This document shows positions 1 to 12,404 of a stretch of DNA of 64,000 bases, piece by piece (position 1 is the stretch's first letter; each line of letters starts with the position of its first letter). The stretch covers positions 53,203-117,202 of the forward strand of contig CBDBGZ010000007.1 of assembly GCA_965205425.1 (NCBI GenBank). The letters run 5' to 3'. The position numbers were made by a program, and so were the translations under genes. Source of the stretch: Nitrosopumilus sp. (GTDB lineage: Archaea > Thermoproteota > Nitrososphaeria > Nitrososphaerales > Nitrosopumilaceae). Below the pieces are notes generated by a model, which was not told the DNA's origin, made no database searches, and saw only the letters and a list, made by a program, of their open reading frames with translations.

Positions 1-356
1 TAGTAACAATACCTATAATCATTTTTGGAGCTATCACTGGCTCTGTGCTTTTTGGTTCGCTAGCCTCAATTATCTCCACTAGATTACGCTCAAGTGAAGG
101 ATTTAATGTAATTATTAACACCGTTTTTCTTTTCTTCGCTTTTGTTAGTACTGCATTTTATCCAGCTGGTGGTGCGCCTGAACCATTAAGAACCGCATTT
201 TATCTAAATCCATTAACATATCTTGTTGATGTAATTAGGGCTGGAATTTTTGGAACTATTACTGAATTTGTGATACTAGAAATGATAATCCTTGTTGCTA
301 TGGCATCTGTATTATTTGTAATTGCATCTAGACTTTTAACTAAATTAGATTTTTAG
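1..356 (+). CDS. ABC-2 type transporter permease, 3' part (runs off window start)
   Basis: Hydrophobic ORF with STAFYP...LNPLTYLVDVIR ABC-2 membrane motif. Confidence 0.8.
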   Translation, partial: VTIPIIIFGAITGSVLFGSLASIISTRLRSSEGFNVIINTVFLFFAFVSTAFYPAGGAPEPLRTAFYLNPLTYLVDVIRAGIFGTITEFVILEMIILVAMASVLFVIASRLLTKLDF

Positions 357-365
357 AATTTGAAA

Positions 366-1103
366 TTATTTTTTAAATTTTTCATACATTTCATTGATTT
401 TTTTAATCATGTTTAGATTTTCGTAGTCTATCAAATTTAAATTGGGAATTACACAATGTCCTCCAATAATTCCTGGATACATTTTAGGCCTATTACCCAA
501 ATTCTCATGAATTTCATCTGCAAATTTCCACATCTCATCAAAATCAATATCTTCTTTCTCACAAATCATTTTTGTTATTTGTGCATAATTGATCAACCAT
601 CCATAATAGGTGGTATCTACCAATATTTTTGCTAATTCTGCAGTTTTTGTTGTTGACATCCAATCTATTTTTTCAAATCTATTTTCCAAATCAATTTTTA
701 TTTTTGGTTCTATGTTTTTTTCATCTGAAGAAATAAATTTTGTATATTTTTTAATGTCATCTAAAAATCTTTTATGTACTCCACGAACTGGTGAATACAA
801 AACTGAAACTTTAGATTTTTCTTGAATAATTTTTGTAGTTCCAGGTTTTACCGTTGAATGTACTAACACAACTTTCAATCCTTCAATTTTATTGATCCAA
901 TCTACTGTAATGTCTACAAATTCTGATAATTCCCCTGGCAAACAAACATGGAGATATTCTGGATTTTCAATCTTTGCATTTTCTGAATAATTTTTGCATT
1001 TAGAAGAATCTACATCAATTCCTATACTATCAAAATTCTTTTCTTCAAGTAGATGAAATAATGTTTCTCCTACTTCCCCCATACCTAAAATAATATCAGT
1101 CAT
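366..1103 (-). CDS. UDP-glucose/GDP-mannose dehydrogenase family protein
   Basis: GMGEVG Rossmann motif, STVKPGT, AELAK, GIIGGHCV catalytic motif. Confidence 0.8.
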   Translation of the reverse strand: MTDIILGMGEVGETLFHLLEEKNFDSIGIDVDSSKCKNYSENAKIENPEYLHVCLPGELSEFVDITVDWINKIEGLKVVLVHSTVKPGTTKIIQEKSKVSVLYSPVRGVHKRFLDDIKKYTKFISSDEKNIEPKIKIDLENRFEKIDWMSTTKTAELAKILVDTTYYGWLINYAQITKMICEKEDIDFDEMWKFADEIHENLGNRPKMYPGIIGGHCVIPNLNLIDYENLNMIKKINEMYEKFKK

Positions 1104-1170
1104 TATGCCTAATTTCAGAAAAACTATCTGTGATATATTCGTGTTACAAAATCATGTTTTATTAAAAAAG

Positions 1171-1243
1171 TAGCCCGGCCCAGACTCGAACTGGGGTCAA
1201 AGGCTTCAAAGGCCTCTATGCTTGACCGCTACACTACCGGGCT
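1171..1243 (-). tRNA. tRNA-Gln (TTG)
   Basis: Reverse complement folds as cloverleaf: AGCCCGG acceptor, GAGGC-CT-TTG-AA-GCCTT anticodon arm, GTTCGAG T-loop. Confidence 0.95.
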
Positions 1244-1312
1244 GCTAAATCGAGCACTCTCATTCCCTTAATGAACTTTTTATTTGAATTTGGCTCATAA
1301 AACAAAAATCTT

Positions 1313-2341
1313 CTACTCTTTAATTATTTTAATTAATTTTTGAATAGGGTCTTCCATCTGCTTTCTAATCGTTTCTGCTCTTTTATGACTCTGATTATTG
1401 TTTGCTTCAAATTTTTTCTTTATGTATCTTGAAATTTTATTTGGATTTGTTTCTCTTTTTACTAGATATTTTTTCACTAAGAAATTTTCAATTATATTTG
1501 GAACCGCATTATAAGAAATTGTTGGAATCCCCATTAATGCAGATTCTGCAGTCATTGTTCCGCCAGATCCAATAAAAATATCTGTATTGTTTAACAAATG
1601 TTTTCCATCATATGACATTTTAACAATTTTTATACTCTTTCCAATTATTTTTTGTAAATTTTCAATTTGTTTTGTATATCTTCCTAAAACTACAATATTT
1701 TCATTTTTAAAATCCTTTCCTACTTTTTTGATTATAGGGATTATTTTACTAGATTTTGATGTATATGATGCCTCTTCTTCTTCTATCCTGATCAGAATAT
1801 TCTTTTTACTGTTACTTTTAAATGGTAATTTTGCGTCCTGATTTACTTTTCTCTGTATAGTAACAACAGCATCAATTGCTTTGTATTGAATAATGTTTTT
1901 CTCATCAATTCCATACTTTGAAAATTCCTTCTTTGATATTGCAAATGGAATTAACAATTTTTGAATTAATGGTAATGTCAATCGCATAACTGCATTTGCA
2001 TGTGGTGAATCACAAAATGCTACATGTTTTATTCTTAACCCAAAAGATATTCTTGCTGCCTCTGGAGAACAAAAACTAATAACAATATCAGGTGAAAATG
2101 CTTTAATTTTCTTAGACAGTTTTTCCATTCTGTCAATACTGGCTTTGAGTTTACTTTTTTTATCTCCTCCTCCATGCTTCCCTACAAAAACAAGGTCAAA
2201 ACCACGTATTTTGGCTAATTTTGAAACTTCTTCATAATCTCGTGAAGTACACAAAAGATCGTGTTTTTTACCTAATTTTGCAATTATTGGTTCAGAAAAC
2301 AATAATTGTTTTGGTGTTAGAATATCTATCCAGATTTTCAA
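1313..2341 (-). CDS. DUF354 family glycosyltransferase-like protein
   Basis: MKIWIDILTPKQ N-terminus and GSGGTMTAESALMGIPTIS motif. Confidence 0.8.
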   Translation of the reverse strand: MKIWIDILTPKQLLFSEPIIAKLGKKHDLLCTSRDYEEVSKLAKIRGFDLVFVGKHGGGDKKSKLKASIDRMEKLSKKIKAFSPDIVISFCSPEAARISFGLRIKHVAFCDSPHANAVMRLTLPLIQKLLIPFAISKKEFSKYGIDEKNIIQYKAIDAVVTIQRKVNQDAKLPFKSNSKKNILIRIEEEEASYTSKSSKIIPIIKKVGKDFKNENIVVLGRYTKQIENLQKIIGKSIKIVKMSYDGKHLLNNTDIFIGSGGTMTAESALMGIPTISYNAVPNIIENFLVKKYLVKRETNPNKISRYIKKKFEANNNQSHKRAETIRKQMEDPIQKLIKIIKE

Positions 2342-2404
2342 GTAATTTCCTAATTATGGTAACTTCAATAAGTTTTTCTTAGTCTAATACTAGCTGTAAA
2401 TGTA

Positions 2405-3556
2405 ATGGAGGGAGCAAAAGTAGTTGTTTATGGACTTAGTACAGAAGGATATGCTATTGCATCTCAGATGGCAATCAAAGGTGCAGATGTATACATTATA
2501 GATGAATCAACACCATCAGCAATTTCTCTCAAAGCTGAAATTGCTAAAACATATCCAAATGTTTCTTCTCTAAAAGAAGATGAACCCTTGTTAGCAATGG
2601 AACCAATAGATGTAGCAATTTCTAAAGCACAATATCTTTTCTTTACTCCAAGAATTAGAAAAACTGGACAAGACATCAAAACTGAAATTCACTCAAAGTT
2701 CAAGGATGCAGTTTCTTCAATGAAAAAGAACAGCTCTGTGATTTTTACTCTTCCTACTGGGTTTGGAGGAAATAATGAAAATATTTCATTACTTGAACAT
2801 GTTACTGGTCTTCAAACTGGAAAACATATTTCATATTTTTATTATCCATTAGAAGATCTTAATGAACAACCAAAAATCATAGGATCGTTTAATGGAAAAA
2901 AAGATTCAACATTATCTGATCTTCTTACAGTAGGTAAAAAAGAGAAAAAATTTGTTGCTATTTCATCATCTGAGCATTTTCATGCTATTGATGTTCTATC
3001 TAGATTCTCTAGTTTATGTAGTGTTTTAGAAGTGTGTAAATACGCTCAAGATGAGGTTACAAAAAATGATCTTTCATCTGATGATTTCCAAGAAATATTT
3101 TTAGACGATATGGTTAGTGGATTATTTGATTTAAAATCCTTAGGCTCTTCATTTGAAGGAGCAAATACACTGATGTATCTAATTAATGGAAGTGTTAAAG
3201 GAATTGATGGATACATCAAACGATTAATTGATGAAATTCGTTCAACATTAAAGAAAAATGATCTTAAAGCAAGTAGAACAAAGATTGCATTATCTTGGAC
3301 ACTTGATCAACATGCAATGCGTGGAGATAAAATTGAAATGTTACAAAATTTGACATCAAGACTACGTGATTACATTGGTGATGTAGAAGCTTATGAAGAT
3401 CCTAACTTTGATCTATTTCATAGTGATAAAACTACCATAGTAGTTGCATGCTCACAATCTGATTTTGAAAATATAGAAAAAACTAAACAAGATTCTGATC
3501 TAATTATTGTCAAAGCTAATCCTTTATGTGAAACAATCAATAATAGTATAAATTAG
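2405..3556 (+). CDS. Divergent nucleotide-sugar dehydrogenase-like protein
   Basis: N-terminal VVVYGLSTEG Rossmann-like motif; catalytic Cys motif not evident. Confidence 0.5.
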   Translation: MEGAKVVVYGLSTEGYAIASQMAIKGADVYIIDESTPSAISLKAEIAKTYPNVSSLKEDEPLLAMEPIDVAISKAQYLFFTPRIRKTGQDIKTEIHSKFKDAVSSMKKNSSVIFTLPTGFGGNNENISLLEHVTGLQTGKHISYFYYPLEDLNEQPKIIGSFNGKKDSTLSDLLTVGKKEKKFVAISSSEHFHAIDVLSRFSSLCSVLEVCKYAQDEVTKNDLSSDDFQEIFLDDMVSGLFDLKSLGSSFEGANTLMYLINGSVKGIDGYIKRLIDEIRSTLKKNDLKASRTKIALSWTLDQHAMRGDKIEMLQNLTSRLRDYIGDVEAYEDPNFDLFHSDKTTIVVACSQSDFENIEKTKQDSDLIIVKANPLCETINNSIN

Positions 3557-3578
3557 CTAAATTATTATTTTTGTTGGA

Positions 3579-4127
3579 TTGTCGAGCGAATCTAATTCTG
3601 ATGAAATTCCAGTTGATGTAATCTCTGAACAAGAAACTAAAAGTAATTCTCCTAAAATAGAATCTGATGTTGAAGACATATCTAAATTATTAGATTTAGA
3701 AAAACAAAAATCATCTGAATATGAAGAAAAATTAAAACTTGTATTAGCAGATTTCCAAAATCTTAGTAGGAAGACTCAAACTGATATTGAAAATGGAGTA
3801 AATACAAAAATCAATGAATTCATATTAGATTTTTTAAAAATTTATGACGATTTTGTTAGAGCAAAAGAAGTTCTTTCTGATAGCGAAATTAATTCAGAAG
3901 GCTTGGATTCTATTTTAAAAAACATGGACTCTTTATTGAAAAAATATCATATTGAACCTATAGATGCATTAGGGGAAATTTTTAATCCAAACTTCCATGA
4001 GGCTATATCAATAATTAATGAACCTGATTTGGATGATGATACAATTACAAAAGAGATCAGGAAGGGATATATTTCTCATGAGAGAGTTATAAGACCGACA
4101 CTAGTAGAAATTTCAAAAAAAGGATGA
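3579..4127 (+). CDS. grpE: Nucleotide exchange factor GrpE
   Basis: ADFQN, FNPNFHEAI, KGY...RVIRP motifs; upstream of dnaK. Confidence 0.95.
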   Translation: MSSESNSDEIPVDVISEQETKSNSPKIESDVEDISKLLDLEKQKSSEYEEKLKLVLADFQNLSRKTQTDIENGVNTKINEFILDFLKIYDDFVRAKEVLSDSEINSEGLDSILKNMDSLLKKYHIEPIDALGEIFNPNFHEAISIINEPDLDDDTITKEIRKGYISHERVIRPTLVEISKKG

Positions 4128-4136
4128 TGATAAAAT

Positions 4137-6044
4137 ATGGCTAAAATTATTGGGATTGATTTAGGAACAAGTAACTCTGCTGCAGCAGTTGTAATGGGTG
4201 GAAAACCTACAATTATTCCAGCAGCTGAAGGTGCCACTGTTGGTGGTAAAGCATTTCCGTCAGTCGTAGCTTTTTCTAAAGAAGGTGATCTTTTGGTTGG
4301 TGAGCCTGCGCGAAGACAAGCAGTAACTAATCCAGATAATACTATTGTTGCAGCTAAACGAAAAATGGGTTCAGATCATACCTTTAAAATTTTAGATAAA
4401 GAATACAAACCTCAACAAATTTCAGCATTCATTCTTCAAAAAATCAAAAAAGATGCTGAAGCATTTGTTGGAGAACAAGTTCAAAAAGCAGTAATCACTG
4501 TTCCGGCATATTTTGATGATAATCAACGTCAAGCAACTAAAGATGCTGGAACAATTGCAGGATTAGATGTTGTAAGAATAATTAATGAACCTACTGCAGC
4601 ATCTTTGGCATTTGGATTAGATAAAGCAAAAGAAGACATGAAAATTCTTGTCTTTGATTTTGGTGGTGGTACATTAGATGTAACAATTATGGAAATGGGT
4701 GGAGGTGTTTTTGAAGTTCTAAGTACCTCAGGTGATACTCAGCTTGGTGGTACAGATATGGATAAAGTATTAATTGATTACGTTGTTGACGAATTCAAGA
4801 AAAAAGAAGGTGTTGATCTTTCTCAAGATTCAACTGCAATGACTAGAATTAGAGAAGCTGCCGAAAAAGCAAAAATTGAATTATCTACTGTCATGGAAAC
4901 TGATGTTAATTTACCATTTATCTCTCATGATCCTTCATCTGGTGCAAAAAATTTAGAATTAAGAATTACAAGAGCAAAACTAGATGAATTAATTGGACCT
5001 ATTGTAGAACGATGTAAGCCTTCAGTACTCAAAGCATTAGAAGATGCAAAACTTTCAAATTCTGATATCAATAAAATTGTCATGGTTGGTGGACCAACAA
5101 GAATTCCATTAGTCAAAAAATTTGTTAGTGATCTAGTTGGTCAAGAATCTGAATCCGGCGTAGATCCTATGGAGGCTGTAGCAATGGGAGCAGCCATTCA
5201 GGCTGGAATTATTGCTGGAGATGTAAGCAGTGATATTGTCTTACTAGATGTTACTCCTCTTACATTAGGAATTGAAACTTTAGGTGGTGTTAGAGAACCA
5301 TTAATTGAAAGAAATACCACAATCCCAACCTCAAAGGGTAAAGTTTTCACAACTGCAGCTGATAATCAAACCGCAGTTACTATTCATGTTGTACAAGGTG
5401 AAAGACCTATGGCAACTGATAATGTGTCACTAGGAAGTTTTAACCTTACAGATTTACCACCTGCTCCAAGAGGTATTCCTCAAATCGAAGTAAAATTTGA
5501 CATTGATGCAAATGGAATTATCAATGTCACAGCAAAGGATCTTGGAACACAAAAAGAAGCAAAAATTACTATCGAATCTAACTCTAAACTATCTCCAGAA
5601 GAAATTGAAAAATTGAAAGAAGATGCAGAAAAATTCTCTGATGAAGATAAAATGAAGAAAGAAAAAATTGATTTAAAGAATGAAGCAGAAAGTTACATTT
5701 ACACTACAGAAAAATTAGTTAATCATGATCTTAAAGATAAAATTTCTCAAGAACAAGGTATCAAAATTACTGATGCTGTAAAAGAAGTCAAAGAAGTTTT
5801 GGATAAAGAAGCTGAAGAATTAAAACCTAAACTTGAAGCATTACAAACATTAGTAAATGAAGTTACAACCGAACTTTACAAAAATGCTTCACCCCCACCT
5901 GGTGCAGAAGGACAACAAGGTGCAGAAGGACAACAAGGTGCAGAAGGACAACAAGGTGCAGAAGGACAACAAGGTGCAGAAGGACAACAAGGTGCAGAAG
6001 AAACTTCTGAATCATCCCAAACTGATGAAACAAAAACTAACTGA
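4137..6044 (+). CDS. dnaK: Chaperone DnaK (Hsp70)
   Basis: [30 protein letters not shown] motifs. Confidence 0.99.
   Translation: MAKIIGIDLGTSNSAAAVVMGGKPTIIPAAEGATVGGKAFPSVVAFSKEGDLLVGEPARRQAVTNPDNTIVAAKRKMGSDHTFKILDKEYKPQQISAFILQKIKKDAEAFVGEQVQKAVITVPAYFDDNQRQATKDAGTIAGLDVVRIINEPTAASLAFGLDKAKEDMKILVFDFGGGTLDVTIMEMGGGVFEVLSTSGDTQLGGTDMDKVLIDYVVDEFKKKEGVDLSQDSTAMTRIREAAEKAKIELSTVMETDVNLPFISHDPSSGAKNLELRITRAKLDELIGPIVERCKPSVLKALEDAKLSNSDINKIVMVGGPTRIPLVKKFVSDLVGQESESGVDPMEAVAMGAAIQAGIIAGDVSSDIVLLDVTPLTLGIETLGGVREPLIERNTTIPTSKGKVFTTAADNQTAVTIHVVQGERPMATDNVSLGSFNLTDLPPAPRGIPQIEVKFDIDANGIINVTAKDLGTQKEAKITIESNSKLSPEEIEKLKEDAEKFSDEDKMKKEKIDLKNEAESYIYTTEKLVNHDLKDKISQEQGIKITDAVKEVKEVLDKEAEELKPKLEALQTLVNEVTTELYKNASPPPGAEGQQGAEGQQGAEGQQGAEGQQGAEGQQGAEETSESSQTDETKTN
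5901..6000 (+). repeat. 18-bp perfect tandem repeat x5.5 encoding (GAEGQQ)n in the DnaK tail
   Basis: GGTGCAGAAGGACAACAA five times plus 10 bp partial. Confidence 0.95.
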
Positions 6045-6092
6045 GATTACAATTCAATCATTTATACTGTAATTATGATAAAGGAATGATTC

Positions 6093-7154
6093 ATGGCTGC
6101 AAAACGTGACTATTATGAGGTTTTAGGTGTCTCAAAAACATCTTCACCAGATGAAGTTAAACAACAGTATAGAAAATTAGCATTAAAATTTCACCCTGAT
6201 CGAAATCAATCTGCAGAAGCAGGAGAACATTTTAAAGAAATTTCTGAAGCATATGCAGTTATTTCAGATCCTGAGAAAAAACAAATCTACGATCAGCATG
6301 GTCATGCTGGTGTAGATGGAAGATATTCTAGTGAAGATATTTTTCAAGGTGCACAGGGTGGTGGTTTTGATTCTATTTTTGAATCCATCTTTGGTCGCGG
6401 AGGTGGGGGATTTGGTTTTAATCAACAACAGCAACAAGGTTCTGATCTTCTATATGAAACTCATGTAACATTAGAAGATGTCCTTCACGGTAAAAAAGTG
6501 GAAATTAATTTACAAAAACAAATTCAATGTGATATTTGTCATGGTTCTGGTGCTAAACCTGGTACTAACAAAAAAACCTGTGGAACATGTAATGGTCAAG
6601 GGCAAGTTAGACAAACTCGAAATATGGGATTTGCATCATTTGTTACTGCTGCACCATGTTCTGCATGTAGAGGACAAGGTTCCATAATTGAAACCCCTTG
6701 TAATGAATGTAAAGGACAAGGAAAGAAAAAAGGATCGAAAACAGTAACATTTGATATTCCTCCTGGAATTGATTCAGGTGACTATACAGTTCCTAATGAA
6801 GGAAATGAGATTCCTGATGGTGTAAATGGTGATTTAATAGTTAGAGTAAGAGTTCAACCTCATTCAAAATTCAATAGAGATGGAAAAGATATTTTCTATG
6901 ATCATGATGTGTCTATGATTGATGCTGCATTAGGATGTGAAATCATTGTTCCAACTTTAGAGGGAACAGAAAAAATTAAAGTTGATTCTGGTAGTCAACC
7001 AAATACAATTATCAAACTAAAAGGAAAGGGCGTTACGCACATTAACTATAGGGGAAAAGGAGACCAATTTGTCAGAATTGTGGTTAACGTACCAAAAAAA
7101 CTCAACAAACACCAAAAAAATCTTTTAGATGAATTTAGAAAAACAAGTGACTAA
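6093..7154 (+). CDS. dnaJ: Chaperone DnaJ
   Basis: J-domain HPD motif, four CxxCxGxG repeats. Confidence 0.98.
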   Translation: MAAKRDYYEVLGVSKTSSPDEVKQQYRKLALKFHPDRNQSAEAGEHFKEISEAYAVISDPEKKQIYDQHGHAGVDGRYSSEDIFQGAQGGGFDSIFESIFGRGGGGFGFNQQQQQGSDLLYETHVTLEDVLHGKKVEINLQKQIQCDICHGSGAKPGTNKKTCGTCNGQGQVRQTRNMGFASFVTAAPCSACRGQGSIIETPCNECKGQGKKKGSKTVTFDIPPGIDSGDYTVPNEGNEIPDGVNGDLIVRVRVQPHSKFNRDGKDIFYDHDVSMIDAALGCEIIVPTLEGTEKIKVDSGSQPNTIIKLKGKGVTHINYRGKGDQFVRIVVNVPKKLNKHQKNLLDEFRKTSD

Positions 7155-7155
7155 A

Positions 7156-7695
7156 ATGAAAATTGCATTGGATGTTGATGGTGTGCTTGCAGATGTAATA
7201 ATATCGTGGCTAAATTTCAGTAATTTAGTTAGACCAAAAATTGCCAAACACCAAATTACAAATTGGGAATTTTGGAAAGAATTTCAAATAGACCCTTTTG
7301 ATTTTTATGCTGAGCTTAGCACATGTTGGAAAAATTGGGTGTCAATACCTACAACAGAACCAAATCTTTCATCAATAACAAAATCTCTTTCTAGTATTGG
7401 TCAAGTTGATATTGTAACTGCTAGGGAACGTTCTACCGATTCTTTTGTCAAATCTTGGTTAGATCACCATAACATATCTTATGATAATTATGTCTCAGTA
7501 ATTGACGGTCCAATGAAAGCTGATCTAGATTATGATATATTTATTGATGATTCTCCTCTTAATGCAGAAAAATTCCTCAAAAATAATAAAAAAGTAATAT
7601 TGTATTCACAACCTTGGAATCAACATATTTCTGAAAATCAAATTCATCGAGTTTCTAATCTCTTTGAAGCAGTTAACAAAATAAAAATTATTTAA
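7156..7695 (+). CDS. HAD-superfamily 5'(3')-deoxyribonucleotidase-like protein
   Basis: IALDVDGVLAD, IVTAR, FIDDS motifs; ATG 1 bp after dnaJ stop. Confidence 0.75.
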   Translation: MKIALDVDGVLADVIISWLNFSNLVRPKIAKHQITNWEFWKEFQIDPFDFYAELSTCWKNWVSIPTTEPNLSSITKSLSSIGQVDIVTARERSTDSFVKSWLDHHNISYDNYVSVIDGPMKADLDYDIFIDDSPLNAEKFLKNNKKVILYSQPWNQHISENQIHRVSNLFEAVNKIKII

Positions 7696-7856
7696 TCTTT
7701 TTCAAATTTCCTAATGTTAACTTGATGACCATTTCTAGTATGTGAAGAATGAGTTGTGTTTATCAATTCGCCAATTTTTTCCTCACTGTAAAATTTAGTA
7801 TTGTATCGTCCTAGTACTTGTTTGCAGTTTGAACAATATACTTCTCTAAATTCCAT
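7692..7856 (-). CDS. 54-aa CxxC/His zinc-finger-like protein (below ORF-track cutoff)
   Basis: MEFREVYCSNCKQVLGRYN...THSSHTRNGHQVNIRKFEKD translated by hand. Confidence 0.65.
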   Translation of the reverse strand: MEFREVYCSNCKQVLGRYNTKFYSEEKIGELINTTHSSHTRNGHQVNIRKFEKD

Positions 7857-7934
7857 TTTATCACTTGATTAATTTTCTATAGTTGTTTTCAAGTATAATA
7901 AAGAAACTTATTCCAGATTTCAATTTTTTCCAAT

Positions 7935-8019
7935 GCGGGAGTCACCCAGCCTGGTCAACGGTGTAAGGTTCAGATCCTTATCTTCTAGGAGTTCGTGGGT
8001 TCAAATCCCACCTCCCGCA
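7935..8019 (+). tRNA. tRNA-Leu (CAG)
   Basis: GCGGGAG/CTCCCGC acceptor, TAAGG-TT-CAG-AT-CCTTA arm, long variable arm, GTTCAAA T-loop. Confidence 0.95.
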
Positions 8020-8029
8020 CTACAATCCA

Positions 8030-10082
8030 TGTTGTTGTATCCCAAAATCAGTTCGTCCCTTATTTGACATCGTATTCTTCTCCTGTCTGCTCATCAATAA
8101 CTCTTGTTCCTTTCTCTGGCATCTTTCTTGCATATGCCTTTGCAGGAGTCTCAAGATTATCCCAGTCAAGTGACATGTGTGGCTTTATGTGATTGTACCA
8201 GTGGACCAGCTCATCAATGGTGCCAAACCATTTCTGCTTTCTCTGAATCTCGCCGTGAAATCTTTCGAGCTTGCCATTGGTTTGAGGATGGTTCACTCTT
8301 GCCATGATATGCTTTATCTCTAATTTTACCAGTTCCTGCTCAAACTGGGATGCTCCTTTTCTCTTGTATTCTGATTGGTTTGCATAAAACTGGGAGCCAT
8401 GATCAGTTAGAATTGATGCAGGCCTACCGTGCTTTGCAATTGCCTCATGTAATACCACAAGTGCGTTATCTGTTGTTGCCTCTGCAAACACTCCATGAGA
8501 AACGATAAACCTTGATGCGTCATCCTGGTAGCATAAGAACCATCTGCCATCATCTAGCTTCTTCCAGTCAGTATGCCACATGGAGTTTGAATATGTCCTT
8601 TCATATCGAACCCACTTTCGTCTTCTCCTCTTCTTTGGCTGAGCTTCTGCCAACCCTTCATCTCTCATAATTTTATGTATGGTATTGTGAGGTATGTGTG
8701 TTCCAGTAGTATCAATTATTTTCTCCAAGAATACTGCAGAACACCTGAACTTTTCAAATGTAGACTGGACAGTCTGCACCATCTGCTCTGTGATTATTCC
8801 CTTTGGCCTTCCAGACTTGCCTAGGATTGGAACTGCACCAGTACGGCGATACCGTGAGTAGAGTTTCTGCATCCACCCAACAGATATCTTCATGGATGAG
8901 GCAACGTCTGCGTTCTTGGCACCGTCCTCTTTTGACTTGATTATCCAGGATATCTGGATTGGATCTAACTTTTGCATAATGCTGTGTTTCCCAACATGAC
9001 TAGTTGATCCAATTAATTTCATCACCCAAGCTTTAGATCAGAATATTCTGTATTATTCCATGAACAGAAACTGGAAAAATTACAACAAAACACTAGTTAG
9101 ACGTGGAGAAATCATGTTGTCCTTTGACGCAATGGAATCATGGAGTATGGAACTAAAAGAGATGAATCACAAAAAGGAAGGTCATCGATTTGTCTATCCT
9201 GAATCCTTCATGGAGGCACTAGGATACTGTCATCTCTATTTGCATCTTCCATTCAGACAAACAGAAGGTCTGATAAAATCACACCTCCAATCCAAAACAA
9301 AGACTCCCACATATTCTGCCATTTGGAAACGTGTCAACAAACTTGACATCAAGATGAATCCAAAACTAGGAAAAGACATTGTCATTGCAATAGACTCAAC
9401 TGGAATCAAGGTTGCAAACAGAGGTGAGTGGATGAGACAGAAATGGCAGAAGAGAAGAGGATTTCTTAAAATTCATGTGGCAGTAGATGTGAAATCTAAA
9501 CAGATCACAGGGATTGATATTACAGATGACAAGTCACATGATTCAAAACATTTCATATCGCTAGTTGAGCAATCAAAACAGTTTGGCAATGTCACTAAAA
9601 CTTTGGCTGATGGTGCATATGATACAAAGGATAATTTTTCATATCTGTATTATGATAATGATATTCTACCTGCAATTAAAACAAGAAAAAACTCATCAGT
9701 TGTAACTGATTGTTATCCTCGGAGAAAGTCCGTTTTGGCACAATTGTATAACTTGGATCTATGGAAGCTCAGCGTAAGCTATGGGGATAGATGGATTGTA
9801 GAGGGAGTATTCTCTGTATTCAAAAGAATATTTGGAGAGCATGTGACATCGCACAAGAGAGAAAACATGATTCATGAATTGAAAATGAAAGTTTGTCTGT
9901 ACAATAAAATGATTGCAATGCAATAGAATCAGAAATGATTTCAAAGCATCAAAGAGTGTTGATGGTTATTTGGGGTTGGGAAACAAAGTATTGCATAATC
10001 TTGTGATTCTTTCCTCTTTTCCAAACGTATCTTGACTTTAGTCTGGAAATAATGGGGTGAACTAATTTGAGGATAATAGACA
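8030..10082 (-). mobile_element. IS481-family element type A, copy 1 (transposase 8060-8977), interrupted by a nested IS
   Basis: rve DDE motifs WHTD, LTDHGSQF, PQTNGKLERF; imperfect TGT-terminated IRs near 8030 and 10082; 9991-10082 matches the left end of copy 2. Confidence 0.85.
8980..9990 (+). mobile_element. IS5-family element (transposase 9060-9926)
   Basis: IDSTG, LADGAYD, RWIVEGVFS motifs; 16-bp IRs TGCTGTGTTTCCCAAC / GTTGGGAAACAAAGTA; 8-bp TSD TTGCATAA. Confidence 0.9.
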
Positions 10083-11433
10083 CTTTTTTTCCTTTTTCAC
10101 ATGTTTTCTCTAATTATTGCACCCGGAATCTCTGTACTAGCTAACATATGGACTAAAAACACAAACAAGGCATTTCTCAGAAGTTCTCTTGCGATATTCG
10201 TATCTGCCGTGTTCGTTTCTGGCAGTATGCTTGGTCCTATTGGATTAACCTTTTCTCCCCAACATGCTTTTGCAGATGATATATTTGCAGAGATGAATCC
10301 TTATGAAAATATTTTACCAAATAATGTATTACCTGATCATGAATTTTTGAAAAAGAAGCTGCATAGTTCTGGGGCAAACTCAGATGCTACTGATTCAATG
10401 TATAATGATGAGAATCCCCTCAGCGAATCTGAGAAAAAGACAGTACATGAATTTCTTTTGGCGTTGTATGGGGACATCGATGTATTAAATGAACAGTCAT
10501 ATCCTACTGTAGGGGGATACTGGACTGTAGAGTTTGTTACAAAGGGAACTCATGACTTGACAGTCTCTGCAATTAATGCAACAAGCTTTGGAGCTGGATT
10601 GCCTGATGATGTAGAGTTTATCTCACTTTATGATTCTGATGGAAGTGAAATTGCACCTGAATTTATTTATGATGACTCTGGTTCTAATGCCTCTGTTGTA
10701 TTTCCGGATTATTCAAGCGATGATGTTGGTTCATTTAAGATGCTTGTACACACTCCTGGCAAACACCATCTAAAATTTGAGTTTGGTAATGATGTTGTAT
10801 ATGCAAACAACAATGCGTATCCAAGTTCTATCTTGGAAATTAACGACACTACTACAGACGGCCCAAACCTATCTGATGATGATCGCTTTGGCACCTCCAT
10901 TGCAAACATTGGTGACCTTAACGGTGACGGAGTATCCGATATCGCAGTGGTGCGTCTAGTGATGACAATAGAGGAGGTGATAGAGGCGCTGTACACATTC
11001 TGTTTATGAACACTGATGGCTCTGTAGACCAAACCATAGAAATAAACAGCTCTACTCCAAATGGCCCAGATCTATCTAATGGCGATGAATTTGGCACCTC
11101 CATTGCAAACATTGGTGACCTTAACGGTGACGGAGTATCCGATATCGCAGTAGGTGCGTCTAGTGATGACAATAGAGGAGGTGATAGAGGCGCTGTACAC
11201 ATTCTGTTTATGAACACTGATGGCTCTATAGACCAAACTAGAGAAATCAACGACTCTACTGAACCTGGACCCCGCCTATCTGATAATGTTCTCTTTGGCT
11301 TCTCCATTGCAAACATTGGTGACCTTAACGGTGACGGAGTATCTGATATTGCAGTAGGTGCATTTGCTGATGGCCCTCTAAAAGGTACAGTACATATCAT
11401 TTATTTAGATAAAGATGTGATTGTAAATGCTGT

Positions 11434-12404
11434 GGCCTTGTAGAAACCATCTGATTTTAACCCAATTGTGATACATTTTAGCTAATTTAGATCCATTAGG
11501 ATTGTATTTGCAGATTACAGTATGGTCTCATCATACGTCAAAATGTGCAAAACACTACTCAATATAATCACCAGATGCAGAATTCCCAGGTTCTTACATC
11601 CAAAATCAAATCATATCTATTCTGTTTGGACACATCTCATACTCTTGGCAATACGACAGTACGAATCAAAGAGTTATAGAAGATTTACAGAATTTTTAGA
11701 AGAATGTGTAGGAATTCAGGAATATCTTGGTTTGTCTACCATTCCACATTACACCACACTACAAAAGGCAGCTGCAAGACTGGAAGGAAATCTGTTACAT
11801 AAAATGTTGCAGGAATTCATTTTGTACAAAAAAGTCAGACTGGTTCTAGCTGGAATTGATGGTAGCGGATTCAGTTACAGTACAGCATCATACTATTATA
11901 CAAAAAGAGTACAGTTACGCAGGAATTTCCTAAAAGTTGTTGTTTGTGCTGACATGAATACACAGCTTGTTTGCTGTGTCATGACACACCACAACATGCA
12001 ACATGATAATCCTGATTTTCTGCCATTGTTGTACAAAACCAACAATATTGTTCCAGTTGATATTGTGTTAGGTGACATGGGTTTTGATGATGAGAATAAC
12101 CATGTTGGTGCAGAACAGATCAACACAGCTGCAATAATTCCAACTCGATATGGAACAGTTCCAATTTACAGAACCAGTGGAATTCATAGAAAGGAGATGA
12201 AGAGGAACTTTCCTGTACAATTGTACCATCAGAGAAACAAATCTGAAACAATCTTTTTTGTGATCAAACAGATAATGTCAGGAGATGTCACATCAAGAAA
12301 TGTTACAACTCAGGACAATGAGATGTTGTACAGGTTAATTGCATACAATGCTTACAGGATTAGAAAATTAGATTTTGTTATTTTATCATGGTTTCTACAA
12401 GGCC
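11434..12404 (+). mobile_element. IS5/IS4-like DDE element type B, copy 1
   Basis: Perfect 15-bp IRs GGCCTTGTAGAAACC; 9-bp TSD AAATGCTGT; IDGSGF, GDMGFD, RNKSETIF motifs. Confidence 0.9.

Noticed and set aside
5901..6000. CRISPR array
   Set aside because: Head-to-tail coding repeat with no spacers
7995..8192. 65-aa ORF
   Set aside because: Overlaps tRNA-Leu and is antisense to the transposase
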